DNA of 36,830 nt from NCBI GenBank assembly GCA_032718475.1, contig JAUCBJ010001544.1, positions 1 to 36,830 on the forward strand, in the 5' to 3' direction. The notes beneath the pieces were generated by a model. The model was not told where the DNA came from. It worked only from the letters and a program-made list of their open reading frames with translations, and made no database searches. Origin of the DNA: Nemertoderma westbladi. Its lineage: Eukaryota > Animalia > Xenacoelomorpha. Both the position numbers and the translations under genes were made by a program. Positions 11,217-22,625 of the stretch are shown piece after piece. The first letter of the stretch is position 1. Each line of letters starts with the position of its first letter.

Positions 11217-11549
11217 TGAATCTTAGGTTATCGCCTAATTTTCCTACCTAATTTTCTAAAAGTGCCAAATTGTACTAGATTTCGTAATTCTGTCCGTTAC
11301 TTTAATTATGTTCCAGAGTATTTCTCCTACTGTTACCATAATTTGTCTAATTTCTAATTTTATTTTATTTTAATATTTAATTTAATCCTACTACTGTGCT
11401 ATCAGTATTCTGCCAATGGAATATTCTATTTTACAATCCACATTCTGGCCTACTCTGTGGGCTTGTGCAGTACAACAGTATGCGTTGCGTGGCCTACATG
11501 ATTTATCCAGCTGTACCCACGTGCCCCCCTCTCGCTACTCACTACTAGC

Positions 11550-12150
11550 TCTACTAACTTCCTAACTAATCTCTACTAACTCTCACTATATTTCATATCA
11601 TACATACCCTCCTACCACTAACTCTTACTGCTAACGGTACTATACGTACCCTCTTACTAACTTCTCTACTAACTCCTACTAACCAGTACTACGTACCCTC
11701 TTACTAACTTCTAACTCCACTAACTCTTACTATTCGGTACTACATACCCTCTTACTAACTTCTAACTAACTCCTACTAACCAGTACTATGTACCCTCTTA
11801 CTAACTTCTAACTCCACTAACTCTTACTAACCGGTACTACGTACCCTCTTACTAACTTCTAACACTACTAACTCTTACTAACCGGTACTATGTACCCTCT
11901 TACTAATTTCTAACTCCACTAACTCTTACTAACCAGTACTACGTACCCTCTTACTACTAACTAACTCTCCAACTAACGGTATTACGTACCCTCTTACTAC
12001 TAACTAACTATCTAACAAACGGAACTACGTACCCTCTTACTATTATCTAACTATCTAACTAACGGTACTACGTACCCTCTTACTACTATCTAACTATCTA
12101 ACTAACGGTACTACATACGCTCTTACTACTAACTCTTACTAACTTCTATC
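11550..12150. repeat. Internal tandem array of the BEL element (about 51-bp unit, shorter variants at the ends)
   Basis: Repeats of TACTAACTTCTAACTCCACTAACTCTTACTAACCGGTACTACGTACCCTCT. Confidence 0.9.
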
Positions 12151-12365
12151 TGCCTACTTACTTACTACGTACTATTACTCTCTCTTTCTCTTTCTTTATT
12201 TATTATTTTTTTTATATTTATGTGTGGGAAGGGCGTCTCGCCCTCAATCCCACCCCCCTCAGTCCAAAACTTGGACAACTAAACTCTATGGTGCGCCCTC
12301 TAGAAGGTAATACTTCCTACCGCACCTCTACGGATCCAACTCTTTCATCTTCGCCCCCCTTTAGT

Positions 12366-13740
12366 CTAACTTATTGGACAACTCAGCGACCTAAGGGGTG
12401 ATTCTTCCAGCAGGCAACTCTTCCACTGCCCCCCTGTAGGTCCTCTAATTCTCTGCCACACACTCCTTGTCAATTCCAGGTCTCTTTGAATTGACCTTCT
12501 CTTCTCTCCTGTCTTTAAATCTGGAAAGTGCTGCCTTCTCTCTATATTACTGATTTCCTCGTGGTCGTCCCCTGGTGGCAAAGTGCCACCGTTCAATTTG
12601 TTGTTTGGCGGTGTAATGCCGCCCCTGGTGTCATCCTTATTCTTACATGCCACCTCTGCTGGCCTCCCCCTTAATATGTGCGCTGGCATTAAAGGCCTCT
12701 GCAACCCTCGTTTGTCTTTCGGTATACACGATGTCTGCCCATGTAATGCCCCCTCGCACTCTATCAGTCCCGCGTGCGTATGCAACACGCCTCCTTCTAC
12801 TTTCCTGGCTCCTTTGTTATGTTTACTCATGGGCTTCTCTGCCCCTGGTCTAATCCTCTCACATCCTCTCCCTTTCCATCTTGTCTTCTTACTCGACCTC
12901 CCCATTTTCGGTATCCCTCTCAATCTGACCGGCGTCTCCTCCGGATACTCCTCTGGACACTCCTCCGGACACTCCTCCGGACATCTCGCCGTCCACTCCT
13001 CTCCATCCCTACACCGATACTTGCTGGGAACATCCTTGTTCCATACCATTGTCTCTAAATCTTCTGCATCCAAGCCATTTTTCTCCACCCACTCTCTTGG
13101 TGTTGCTTCCACTTCTAGCTGTCTCCCCCTATCTCCCGTCTCTGGTTTCTCCTCTACCCCTTCAACAGTCCCTGGCACCATGCACCCTGAACTCTCAGAC
13201 ACATGGAATGGTATATTGGTTTTGATTGGGCCGGTTAGCGTCCACCCGAATGGTGTTAAAATCGCCACTGGGTCACACTGCCTGTCTTCGCCGAAGACCG
13301 TTTGCATTCTCTCGTGGGCCGCCGGGCAGTCCATTCCTACTATAATGGATACCTTCCTAACGTCCACCTCTGGGATTGAGAAGTCGATACTGTCCAGGAA
13401 TTTATATTGTTCGACCTCGATGTTGGTTGGTCGCCTGGCATTGATATTTATCGACTCTATCACCTGGATGGGGTCGATGGTCGCCCCATAGTCGCATCCT
13501 GGTGCTATCGCTGCTATCCCGCACCATCCGGTCCTCATCTCCAGGACCTCATCTTTGCTGGAGATGGTTGTTACCGCCATTCTACTTGGCCTCGTTCTCA
13601 ATCCTATCTCTTCGGCCATCCAATTCTCAACCAAGGTGAAGGCTGCTCCACTGTCGACCAGCATCAGTGTGGTTACTGATCGATTGAATTACCCGATCAC
13701 CCTCACTGGTACTACCCCTAGTAGTACCGTTCCTCTCTTC
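12366..13740 (-). pseudogene. BEL/Pao aspartic protease and truncated pol remnant
   Basis: TVLLGVVPVRV...MLVDSGA...IIVGMD...PVAILTPFGWTLTGP; in frame with gag across a stop at 13689; no RT downstream. Confidence 0.88.
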
Positions 13741-16700
13741 TTTGCACCTACGGTGCTTGTCGCCATTGTCTGTCCTTTACTTTGACCGAACTTAATTGGT
13801 GTTTCCTTGCATTGGTTAGCTCTGTGTCCACTCATCACATATCGAGAACAAATTTCGTTTCTCCTCGCGTATTCTACCTGATCTTCCCTGGGTAGCACTT
13901 GCCAATACCTGCAGTTCATGGTCTGATGAAGTGCATTTGTATGTAATTGGCATTTGTTCTTTGGGTTGTAGCCGTCCTTATACCGTGTGCTGCATATCGC
14001 ACTTGCGTTTGTACCAAAGTCCCTACTGTTCTTATTGTTTGGGTTCGGCCAACTGGGCGTGCTGGGGTTATGTTTATTTGTGTTGTTATTTTTCCCCTGT
14101 ACACTCCATGATGTGGTCTTACCCCCGGCTACATGTGGACTAGCAGACCCCTGCGTCGCCGCGTACGGCAGTGATTGTCTGAGCTTTGGCAATGCGTTCG
14201 CCGCGTTATGTTCTGGTTTCGGCCTGTGGTATTCGGTCGTTGGTCCCTTTCCCAGGCTATCCTCGCTATAGACTGGGTCTGTTATTAGATCGGCTTCATA
14301 GTTCAAGAAGCTCGACATTTCTTCTAAGCCCGGTTCCGCACCCTTCTTGTCTCGGGTGGAGAAAGCAATCTTCCCCCACTTGTTGCGCAGCCACATCGGC
14401 AGCGCCTGCGCTATCGTGGTGATGTTATTAGACGCGTTGAGTTCGTATGGTGCGTCCAGTGCCTTTAGCACGATTAGCGCCTTCTCAACTTTGTTCGCGA
14501 ATGTATTTATGCTAACGGGGTTGTCCTGTAGGCCACCCGATGTTATACCTCTCAGGGCCTGCCAGATGATCTTGGCCGGGTGCCCTTACTCCCTGTCTAG
14601 TGCCCGCCATGCTGTCTAGAAGCCGCCCTCGATGCCCTGGTATTGCCTCACGATGTCGTATGCTGGGCCTCCTGTATACACTTGCAGATATTTTAGGCAC
14701 TCCGCTTGTGTCAAATTCTTCGTTAGTATTTCATTACTATACATGCGCCGATGGTTCTACTCCCGGTAACTCAATCCTGGTTTTTAATGCATCGATTAAT
14801 GTGGCCATTCCCATCGCTTGTGCTTCCAATAGGTTCGATGGATGCTGTATAGATTCTCCTGTTGGGTGCGATCCGTTCGTCATATCTGCTGCTTTTCTTT
14901 GCGTCGGGTATATCATTGGGGGTAGCGGCCCCCTCCATATTTCGGTGTCGCACGATCTGTTCTCGTCCAAGGGGTTCGATGTTCTTATTCCTATTGGGGT
15001 ATATTGTTGATATTGTGATGAGGGAATGTCACCCTGCCCCCCCCCCCCCCACTGGTATGTTTGATACTGGGGTTGATGTTAATATATTGGGGCCCATGCA
15101 CCTATCCGCAATAACTCTCCCCTCCCCTGGATATATGTTATGTCCTTGCATGCTGTAGTCATACTGCTGTGGTGGTACCGGTATAGGCCTATCCACTTCT
15201 GGTCTACCTGCCGGTATGTACTCCGTGACTTCTGGGTTTAATCCCGTTGTCCGCGCTGCCCTATTGCCTACATTATCTCTTTCAGCGTGGTTTCTCTTCG
15301 ATCCCCTCTGCTGCTCTCGTCCTGGCACCGGTACTCCCTGTAACCCTCTCTCGGCGCGTAGTATGCCTCGTCAGGTCGCGTCTCCCCGGGATGACGGCAA
15401 TCTCCCGGAGTTCGACCCCACTGACTCTCCGTCTCCATCTCTACCACCGACGGCTCGCTATCCGTCCTCGCTCTCCTGTCATTCGCGACGACACTTCTTC
15501 TACTCTCTTTCCTTCTTCTCTCTGCAGTGCAGTATCCCCGCTCATGAGATCTCTCGTCGACCTCCCAGTTAAACTCCACTGTTCTTCTTCCCTCTTCTGA
15601 TTGGGCTCGACGTCTCGTCGCTCGACCTCTCGCGACGTCAACCTGTCTCTCTCTGCTCGATCGCACGCCGCTGGGGATACTCGTAATCCCCCTACTATTC
15701 TCCATCGCCGGGTGCTGCGGTTCACCTAATTCGCCCCGCGCATTATCCGCCGACGCCTGTGGGACACTCTTTGCCCCCCCCCCTCGCCACTGATCTCTCG
15801 TTGTGGGGCTCCTGTTGCCCCCCCCCCCCCCACTCGCCACCTATTACTTCACTATCTCTTACTCCACTTCTACACCCCTCTCTAGTCGACACACTAACCC
15901 TACTGCGGCTGGGTCCGTTCACCCCCGCCTCTCCCTCTACTACTGTGTGGCCTACCAGGCCCCCCTCGGGTTGACTCAACCCCGCCACTTCCTGCCTACT
16001 AACTACGTGGCCTACCAGGCCCCCCTCGGGTTGACTCAACCCCGCCACTTCCTGCCTACTAACTACGTGGCCTACCAGGCCCTCATTGGGGTTTCTCACC
16101 CCCACCACCTCCTGCCTACTAACTACGTGGCCTACCAGGCCCTCATTGGGGTTTCTCACCCCCGCCACCTCCCGCCTACTAACTACGTGGCCTACCAGGC
16201 TCTCGTTTGCCGGGCCATGCACGTCCGCCACGTTTATATTAATAGCACCATTATCAATATTATCTTCTAAATCAATTAAATTATTTTGCACACCTAAATT
16301 GGAGAAGGGATTATTTTGGTCTTTCAAATTAAGATTATTATTTAAATTATTTGAATTATTTTGTAAATTCGGATTTACATTATTTTTATTATTTCCTACG
16401 TTTATATTAGAATGGTTCGGGTCCAAACTACTACCACCGGGCAAAGTATCCTTTCCTGCCACGAAAGTTTGATTAGGGTTATCCACTACGGTACTATTAA
16501 TATTAACGTTTTCTACAGTATTATTATCGTTACCCCCCCCCCCCCCCCCCCCCCGCCCGTACGGTCACACCAGTCTTGGGTCTGTCGTCCGGTCCCTATA
16601 AGTGGGGTATTGATAAATGTTTCCATAACTTCTGGCTCCCCGTAAACACTACTCGAGCCAGCCTCGCTCTCTGACAGCCCCATCTGCGCCAGTTCCAGTC

Positions 16701-17972
16701 GGCGCTTCTGTTTCGCCTGGTATTGCATAAGCCCCCTCAACCGGGCGTGCATGTCATCCCGCACACGCTTTCCCGTTCTCTCTCTCTCCCTGTCCTCCTC
16801 GCAAACTCTGCTCGGCCAATTCCGCCTCTCTCGCAACTCTCTCAAGTCGTCTCGCCTCGCGCTCTCTTCGCTCATTCTCCTCTCTCGCCCCACGCTCTTT
16901 ACGTTCTTTCTCCTCTCTCGCCTCACGCTCTTTACGTTCACTCTCCGCTCTCGCCCCTCTCGCCTCTCTCGCCGCCTCACGCTCTTCTTGCTCCTTCCTT
17001 TCCCTCCTTCCTATTTCTTCACACTCCTTAAAGTTTCTCGCGACCCTCTCGGCCCTCTCTTTATTCTCTCTGGCCAACTCTCTCTCTTTCTCTAGTAACG
17101 CACTCCCTTCTTCCAACTGTCTCTCTAATTCTCTCTGGTCTAGCGCCACCAGATCGAGCTGGCACGCCAGATCTATTTCTAGCACCCGTCTTACTTTTGC
17201 GGAGGATGTAGCAGACTTATCGGTCGCGACGGACTCCCGCCGCCTTCCCGTCCTACTGACTTTCCCCCGCTTTCTGGAATTTTCGCCGACCGACGAGACC
17301 GAATCCTCGGGGTTAACCTCGGATTCGCCCTCCTGCGGTCCCCTCCAACCCACTAACTTGAATTCCCCGGGCATCGACTAAGTATGGCCCTATGTACACT
17401 ACACCAGGCTCCATACCCCTACATTCCCACAGTTCAAACAGTTCGGTGGCGACCCCTCTCGCTCTCTCATTGGCTAGTTCTCCCTGCCCAAAGCGCACTA
17501 AATAATCAAAATGTTTATTCGACTCACCTAGCCGCTTCTCTAGCTTCACCTGGTCTATCTTAGCCCCTTCTTTGGCTTCCCTTAGTTGCTTTCTGGTCGC
17601 GTTGTAGGCTCGTCGGAGCCGGTCGCTGACTCCGACGTCCTCGTCGCCGACATCCCCTCTTTCTCTCCGTGTTCGGCGTCGTACCGGCGGCCCCACCTTT
17701 GCCGTTCCGGTGGGCCATCCGTCGCCCTCGGCCTGTGGCTGGCCGGCGACATCGGTACGTCGACCGCCGTCGTGTGTCGACTCGTCTCTCCCTTCTCTCA
17801 ACTCGCTCGTCCCTCCCTGTGGTAGACGACCGCCCTCCGCTTGGGCTGCCGGATCGTTCGGGGTTGACGAGTCCGGCGTCCTGGGTCGATACCGTCGCGT
17901 CGCGGCCTCGCGGATCGTTTCGTTCGTATCGTCCGGGGTCCGCGGCGGTGTTGTCTCTCCTTCCTGACTCAT
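13689..17972 (-). pseudogene. gag: Long BEL/Pao gag-like ORF, disrupted
   Basis: E/R coiled coil, N-rich and repeat segments, then IELPGVEP, GF*TAWRALDRE*GHPAKII, LPMWLRNKW...FLNYEADLITDPVY and knuckles CQLH...HQTMNC / CSRY...GHRANQC. Confidence 0.82.
15946..16200 (-). repeat. 60-bp coding tandem repeat (about 4.2 copies) in gag
   Basis: Encodes GLVGHVVSRQEVAGLSQPEG-type 20-aa units in two pairs of variants. Confidence 0.93.
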
Positions 17973-18032
17973 CTTTAACTTTACTTATCGGTGGCTGGCA
18001 GTCACAGTTTCAGGTAGTTGGATCTTTATTAC

Positions 18033-18598
18033 TGTGACGGGATCCGAGAATCCTGACCGGTGTGGTTTATTTACGCGTCCCCGCCAGTGAAAGAGTTTGT
18101 TATGTTGTTATCGTTCCGATGTTATTGATGGATATAAAATATAGTATCAAGTAAATGAATAAACAGATAGCACAGTTGATGGTGAACTGAGTAAAATACC
18201 GGTAATATAATTGGTGATGGTGGCGGCGACGGTAATAAAGGTTACCGTTCTGACCTAACTGAACTGACTAAGTTGACTGAATGAATGAGAAACGTCAATA
18301 GGTAATATACTGCTCTAGGTTGGCCATATTACTCAGCGGATGCCTGCCCCCCATTGGCTAGTAACCTAATTCTCGCCTCCCATCTCTCTGGGAGTGTTTT
18401 CCCCCTCTACTGTCACTCTCCCTCTCCCGGAGGTGTAACCTCTGACCCCCATGTGTGCGGCCCGTTGGGGTTTGTCGTCCCCGTTTATTGGGGGTGATAC
18501 GAGGTTGATTGGCAATCAACCTCGTACTCCCCAATATTGCTCAAAGGCGCCGCTTTCCCAACTTTATGGGGTGGTTAGCGGAATTGAATTCGCTAACA
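18033..18598 (-). repeat. BEL element 5' LTR (566 bp)
   Basis: Direct repeat of 7340-7900; minus-strand TATA-like site near 18309, TCAGT initiator-like site near 18280, AATAAA near 18070. Confidence 0.96.
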
Positions 18599-18603
18599 CA
18601 CAC

Positions 18604-18755
18604 AGCTGGGCATGTAGGTGGCTAGTCACTTTCAAAGCTGCCCTTTCAAAACATTACCATGATAATCCTTTAACACAAGATCTACAACTTTCCCTGTATG
18701 ATGTTTCGTCCAACTCAATGATGTTTTAAATCATCGTCACCTTTGTTTAGTAATA
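18604..18755 (+). mobile_element. CR1/L2-like remnant, right part
   Basis: SWACRWLVTF and HRHLCL resemble the post-YADD CR1 motifs WxxxWLVxFN and HKHLG; continues 7065-7339 across the TSD. Confidence 0.55.
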
Positions 18756-19157
18756 GGGTTGGTGACTCAAATAAAATATTCTATATATTTTTGTATGTAA
18801 AAAGTAAATGAAGATTAAATGTAAAGAGTAAAGAGTAAGAGTGAATGTAAAGAGTAAGAGTGAATGTATAGAGTAAATGTAAAAAGGTGCGCTGATCACG
18901 AATCTGAAAACCGTTTTTAATTTCATTTAGTTCCGGCTGAGATTGAGGGGTTTATACACAAGCGCGGGAAAATCTTATTTTAAACGCTCTGATTTACTGT
19001 TCCACTTTCTGTTCCACTTTGTCGCTAGGCAACGCTAACAACATTCACTTGATAACAGTATACAGTTTACTATTCTTTGATGTAGGCTAATTTTAGTTAT
19101 TTATTTAAGATATTTATATTTTTAGTTTGACACAGCAATGTAATGATCATTGTTTAA

Positions 19158-20086
19158 GGGGGGGGGGGGGGGGGGGGGGGAGCACAGCACCCCACTATTT
19201 TGGAAATTGACAAATATCTTTTTTTATTCTATCATGTGCCGAATTTAATGGAGATTTCAAATCTGCAAGCAATTTTCTCATATTTTTTCTCAAACTCAAG
19301 TTATTACCCAAAATGTAAGACCTAGTCTGACTTTGACAAGCCTTCCAGCAGCACTATATTTTACAATTCTAAGGGGCCCTTTTCATAAAAAATTATCCCA
19401 CAGTACAGTGAATAAAATTGCTAAAACGTTGTTTTACTAGTTATCTGTTTAGCAAGCATGATAAATTTCGTTGAATTTCATTCATTTTTGACAAAGTTAT
19501 TGTTAAACATATAAAAATTATATTATCTAAAATAGCGGGAAGATTTGAATTGTTCCTTAAACTTTAAACACCCATATCTCAGAGTGATGTTTTTTCATGA
19601 AAAAGGCTCCGCCAATTTTAACTGACTGAAATAACTGACTGAAATGAGTTGAAATTTGTTACACTTAAGGTACATTTAAGAATACCTTTCTCCATACTTC
19701 TTCTGAACAAATTTGGTTGGTATTCCCCTTGAGCCTTTTTATATCAAAAAGGCCAAAAAAAGCCCCTTGTTGGGGGCCCTTTTGTTCTAAAAAGGCTCCA
19801 GGGCATTTGAGGCAAAATTTGTTCAGAAAAATTGGATGCAGGGTTCTTCTGAACTTATTTTCCAAATTTCGACAAATTTCAACAAATATTGGTAGAGAAG
19901 TAGCCGTTGGCGCAAAAAGGTACGTTTGGCCATTACGGAGCCATTTTGGGGCCAATTTTTAAAATATTTTGTTTGGTTATTCTTACTAGCACAAAAAAAT
20001 AATTTTCAAACAATTTTAGGGTCCAGAGACACAAAAATGTGAGGTTCAGTTTGGGGGTGCTAACCCCCCACCCCCCCCCTCTCCCC
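19158..20086. mobile_element. Putative non-autonomous DNA transposon with G-rich TIRs (Kolobok-like)
   Basis: TTAA|GGGG...AGCACCCC at left, GGGGTGCT...CCCC|TTTA at right; AT-rich non-coding interior. Confidence 0.35.
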
Positions 20087-20127
20087 TTTAGATTATTTTT
20101 ATTCGTTTGTAGCGGTACTGTAGGCAG

Positions 20128-20298
20128 TACTACTACTAGGATCGGCATGCTGCATTGCAGCTGCATTTTTAAGAATGCTGTGCCGGCTTATCGACTAAAT
20201 TGCACCGCCACAACTCACTATCACCCATGAAATTTGCTAGATCATCCGCATCTTTAAGGCCAGTGTCCTTTAAGATGCGTCTCAAGAAAGTTATGGGC
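20128..20298 (-). mobile_element. RTE LINE family A, 3' end fragment
   Basis: Reverse complement of about 25860-26040 with a (TAG)n tail. Confidence 0.88.
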
Positions 20299-20531
20299 AG
20301 TAGTAGTGTAGGGGTTGTCTTACCTACTATTATCGGTCTACTGTATTCACGAATGTTATTAGGGCTACATACAAGTTTTGGACGTTATTCTTTCTGTAAA
20401 AATGCTAATAAACCATCTCCACATTTTTTTAACCTGAAATTTCACATTTGTTTTGAACGCATTTATGATAATGATATCCACATCGTACTTCAATTATGTT
20501 CTAGAACACGATGGTGATGGATAGCTATACC

Positions 20532-20781
20532 TATGTTTGTTTGGCAAGATATTAGCTATATTAAACCCACACACAACCAATGAATGCGGATATATTTAAT
20601 AATATTGAAACATAGTAAAAATAAATAGGAAGTTTGTACCATTATTCTCTTCAATTTCTTATTTATTTTTACTCTCATTTCGTGCTCATGGTGTTTCAAT
20701 ATTTTTAAATATATCCGCATTCGTTGGTTGTGTGTGGTTTTAATATAGCTAATATGTTGCTGATATAAATAAACAAACATA
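20532..20781. mobile_element. Fold-back MITE-like inverted repeat
   Basis: Arms of about 80-90 bp, including ATATTAGCTATATTAAA...CACACAACCAA.GAATGCGGATATATTTAA...TGAAACA and its reverse complement; TA at both ends. Confidence 0.75.
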
Positions 20782-20857
20782 CTGTATGCTCAATTCCACT
20801 GTCCGAGCTCACTCAATGTAATATAAGTATTATGATGTTATGATGGATATTACATAC

Positions 20858-20927
20858 GTTTTTTTTGTTCCAGGAGACATTCTTCCTCCATGTAATTAAT
20901 TTCTTCTGTTCCATTTTTACATTTGCA
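20858..20927 (-). CDS. Putative 70-bp host exon (CKCKNGTEEINYMEEECLLEQKK)
   Basis: tttttgttatttcAG acceptor, GTatgt donor, phase 0 to 1, bridging the two other exons in frame. Confidence 0.55.
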
Positions 20928-21634
20928 CTGAAATAACAAAAATAAAACACATGTGATAAGGCTAATTAGTCGTACACAAGCACATAAAACAATTGTTGCA
21001 ATATGATAATAAAGTAGCATGTAGGTTTCATTCTGATCAAAGTGTTTTGTTTCACAAAAAAACATAGGATTTGCTTGACACTCGTGGTCAATTTATTTTT
21101 TTATCATAAATTTTTTCATTATCATTGGAGCACTGCTACTGTCCAATAGGGTTGGTGCGCGAAAAAATTGTTGGGCTAGTAGAAACAGATGACTAAATGG
21201 TAAGAAGGTGCCCTGAATCGAGTGGTGGGATGTGTTTTTTGTAAAAACACAAGGAAATGGTCGAAATGGCGGGTTTAAGTAAGCGTGGGAAGCCAATTTT
21301 GAAAATCGGCTGTGATTGGCTGCTACATATTTGACGTCATTAGGCAGTACACTGATAATTTTTTATCGCAATAATTTTTATTGTCCGTTTTTATCCTTTT
21401 TTGTCATTTTTTTTTTATTTTTTATGTCATCCAAAAGTCTAATGTTATTCTGTATTTTAGTACCGGTACCGGCACTGGTACTGCTATAGGCCTACTGTGT
21501 AGCCTACCATTTAAATACGGTAATGGTAGGCCTACTGGCCTACCGGTTGTGCTAATAAATTTTAAATAATTGATAGGAGAATAATATCTTTCACATAATT
21601 TAGGCCTATTACTGTAATATTTTTATAATCAATA

Positions 21635-21885
21635 ATGGATCATGACTACTGTCTGAGTAGTGTTACGGATAGCGGCACCACTACTTCCAACAGCACAGAT
21701 CAGTTCATAAACTCATCCGTACTCGAAAAAACTACTTATACATGTTATACCCCGTTACCGTTTGATACCGGTAGTCACAATGATAGCGAAAACAACGACC
21801 CGTTTTTAGCCCAAAGGATCGGACGGCCAAGAGGTTCGTCCAATAAAGGGTATATACGGATTCGTACATTCTCAGACGTTGACAG
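21635..21885 (+). pseudogene. Truncated ORF start with DHDY motif and AT-hook, possibly a DNA-transposase N-terminus
   Basis: MDHDY... and GRPRGS; cut off by the 68-bp satellite. Confidence 0.35.
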
Positions 21886-22625
21886 TTTGGTTAGAAAATC
21901 CCGCCTCTGTAATCTGCCCCTTTCCCTCAATTAGCTAAATGATCGTTTATTGTTTTGGTTAGATAATCCCGCCTCTGTAACCTGCTCCTTTCCCTCAATT
22001 GGTAATGTTATCGTTTATTGTTTTGGTTAGAAAATCCCGCCTCTGTAACCTGCTCCTTTCTCTCAATTGGTAATGTTATCGTTTATTGTTTTGGTTAGAA
22101 AATCCCGTCTCTGTAACCTGCTCCTTTCTCTCAATTGGTAATGTTATCGTTTATTGTTTTGGTTAGAAAATCCCGTCTCTGTAACCTGCTCCTTTCCGTC
22201 AATTTGTTAAATGATCGTTTATTGTTTTGGTTAGAAAATCCCGCCTCTGTAACCTGCCCCTTTCCCTCAATTAGTTAAATGATCGTTTATTGTTTTGGTT
22301 AGATAATCCCGCCTCTGTAACCTGCTCCTTTCCCTCAATTGGTAATGTTATCGTTTATTGTTTTGGTTAGGAAATCCCGCCTCTGTAACCTGCTCCTTTC
22401 CCTCAATAAGTTAAGTGATCGTTTTTTGTTTTGGTTAGAAAATCCCGCCTCTGTAACCTGCTCCTTTCCCTCAATTAGTTAAGTGATCGTTTATTGTTTT
22501 GGTTAGAAAATCCCGTCTCTGTAACCTGCTCCTTTCCCTGATTTGGTAAAGTGACTGTTTATTGTTTTGGTTAGAAAACTCGGCCTTAACCTGCTCCTTT
22601 CCATCAATTGGTAATTGTTTTTGGC
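21886..22625. repeat. 68-bp tandem repeat, about 11 copies
   Basis: Unit TTGTTTTGGTTAGAAAATCCCGCCTCTGTAACCTGCTCCTTTCCCTCAATTGGTAATGTTATCGTTTA with two variant types. Confidence 0.95.

Larger units (their letters stand above)
7340..18598 (-). mobile_element. Non-autonomous BEL/Pao-type LTR retrotransposon carrying an extra exonuclease/zinc-knuckle ORF
   Basis: LTR pair with TG...CA ends, 5-bp TSD CACAC (7335-7339 and 18599-18603), PPT, BEL-type gag-PR, no RT/RH/IN core motifs. Confidence 0.9.

Noticed and set aside
12583-13491. 302-aa plus-strand ORF
   Set aside because: Antisense shadow of the purine-rich protease ORF; no motifs
18795-18885. GTAAAGAGTAAGAGTGAAT short repeat
   Set aside because: Short degenerate simple repeat with no further structure
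21886-22625. CRISPR-like array with 68-bp period
   Set aside because: The whole unit is repeated; the variable part has only two similar variants
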